Positions 44,676 to 44,802 of a stretch of DNA of 44,802 bases are shown here, piece by piece. Source of the stretch: a virus. Taxonomy: Duplodnaviria; Caudoviricetes. Numbering within the stretch: the stretch's first letter is position 1; each line of letters opens with the position of its first letter. The translations under genes and the position numbers were made by a program. The stretch is taken from IMG/VR virus record IMGVR_UViG_3300043178_000202, positions 1 through 44,802 of that record. One strand, given 5' to 3'. The notes beneath the pieces are model-generated. The model was not told the DNA's origin, searched no databases, and saw only the letters and a list, made by a program, of their open reading frames with translations.

Positions 44676-44802
44676 TTCGTCAAGCGAAATCGGCACAGAT
44701 CTGGCTGCCTGCCGGTCATGCTTTGCACTACATCGCCGCCTCGCCGACGGCCAGTTTTCGCGAAAAATGGGGCGATTTCACGGGATCGAGCCCGAAAAAC
44801 CG

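Overview
The window is almost entirely one very GC-rich, podovirus-like prophage or phage segment (about 1-44,100) from a probably diderm host, judged from the Rz/Rz1-type spanins. On the + strand it carries small late-early genes, small and large terminase, and three tandem glycine-rich fibre paralogues placed unusually between terminase and portal. These are followed by a P22-like portal, scaffold, N4-gp56-type major capsid, adaptor/nozzle, tail fibre plus chaperone, GNAT, ejection proteins including a 2566-aa polyvalent protein (ParB-like, RadC/JAB, LPD38-like), an extended lysis cassette, and a Cro-YqaJ-RecT-RusA early operon. A convergent minus-strand block encodes an XRE HTH, an RHH repressor and a recently duplicated two-domain sliding-clamp-like gene. 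That block is driven by two sigma70 promoters that share a palindromic operator. At the right boundary is an unusual 108-nt tRNA with a Ser-type body, a CUA (amber) anticodon and a 35-nt variable arm, next to a truncated IS1634-like transposase. No integrase, replication initiator, reverse transcriptase or CRISPR array is visible. The most notable signals are the amber-suppressor-like tRNA, virion proteins with export or cleavable leaders, the duplicated clamp-like genes and the triplicated fibre genes. All family calls come from motif recognition by eye, not from database searches.
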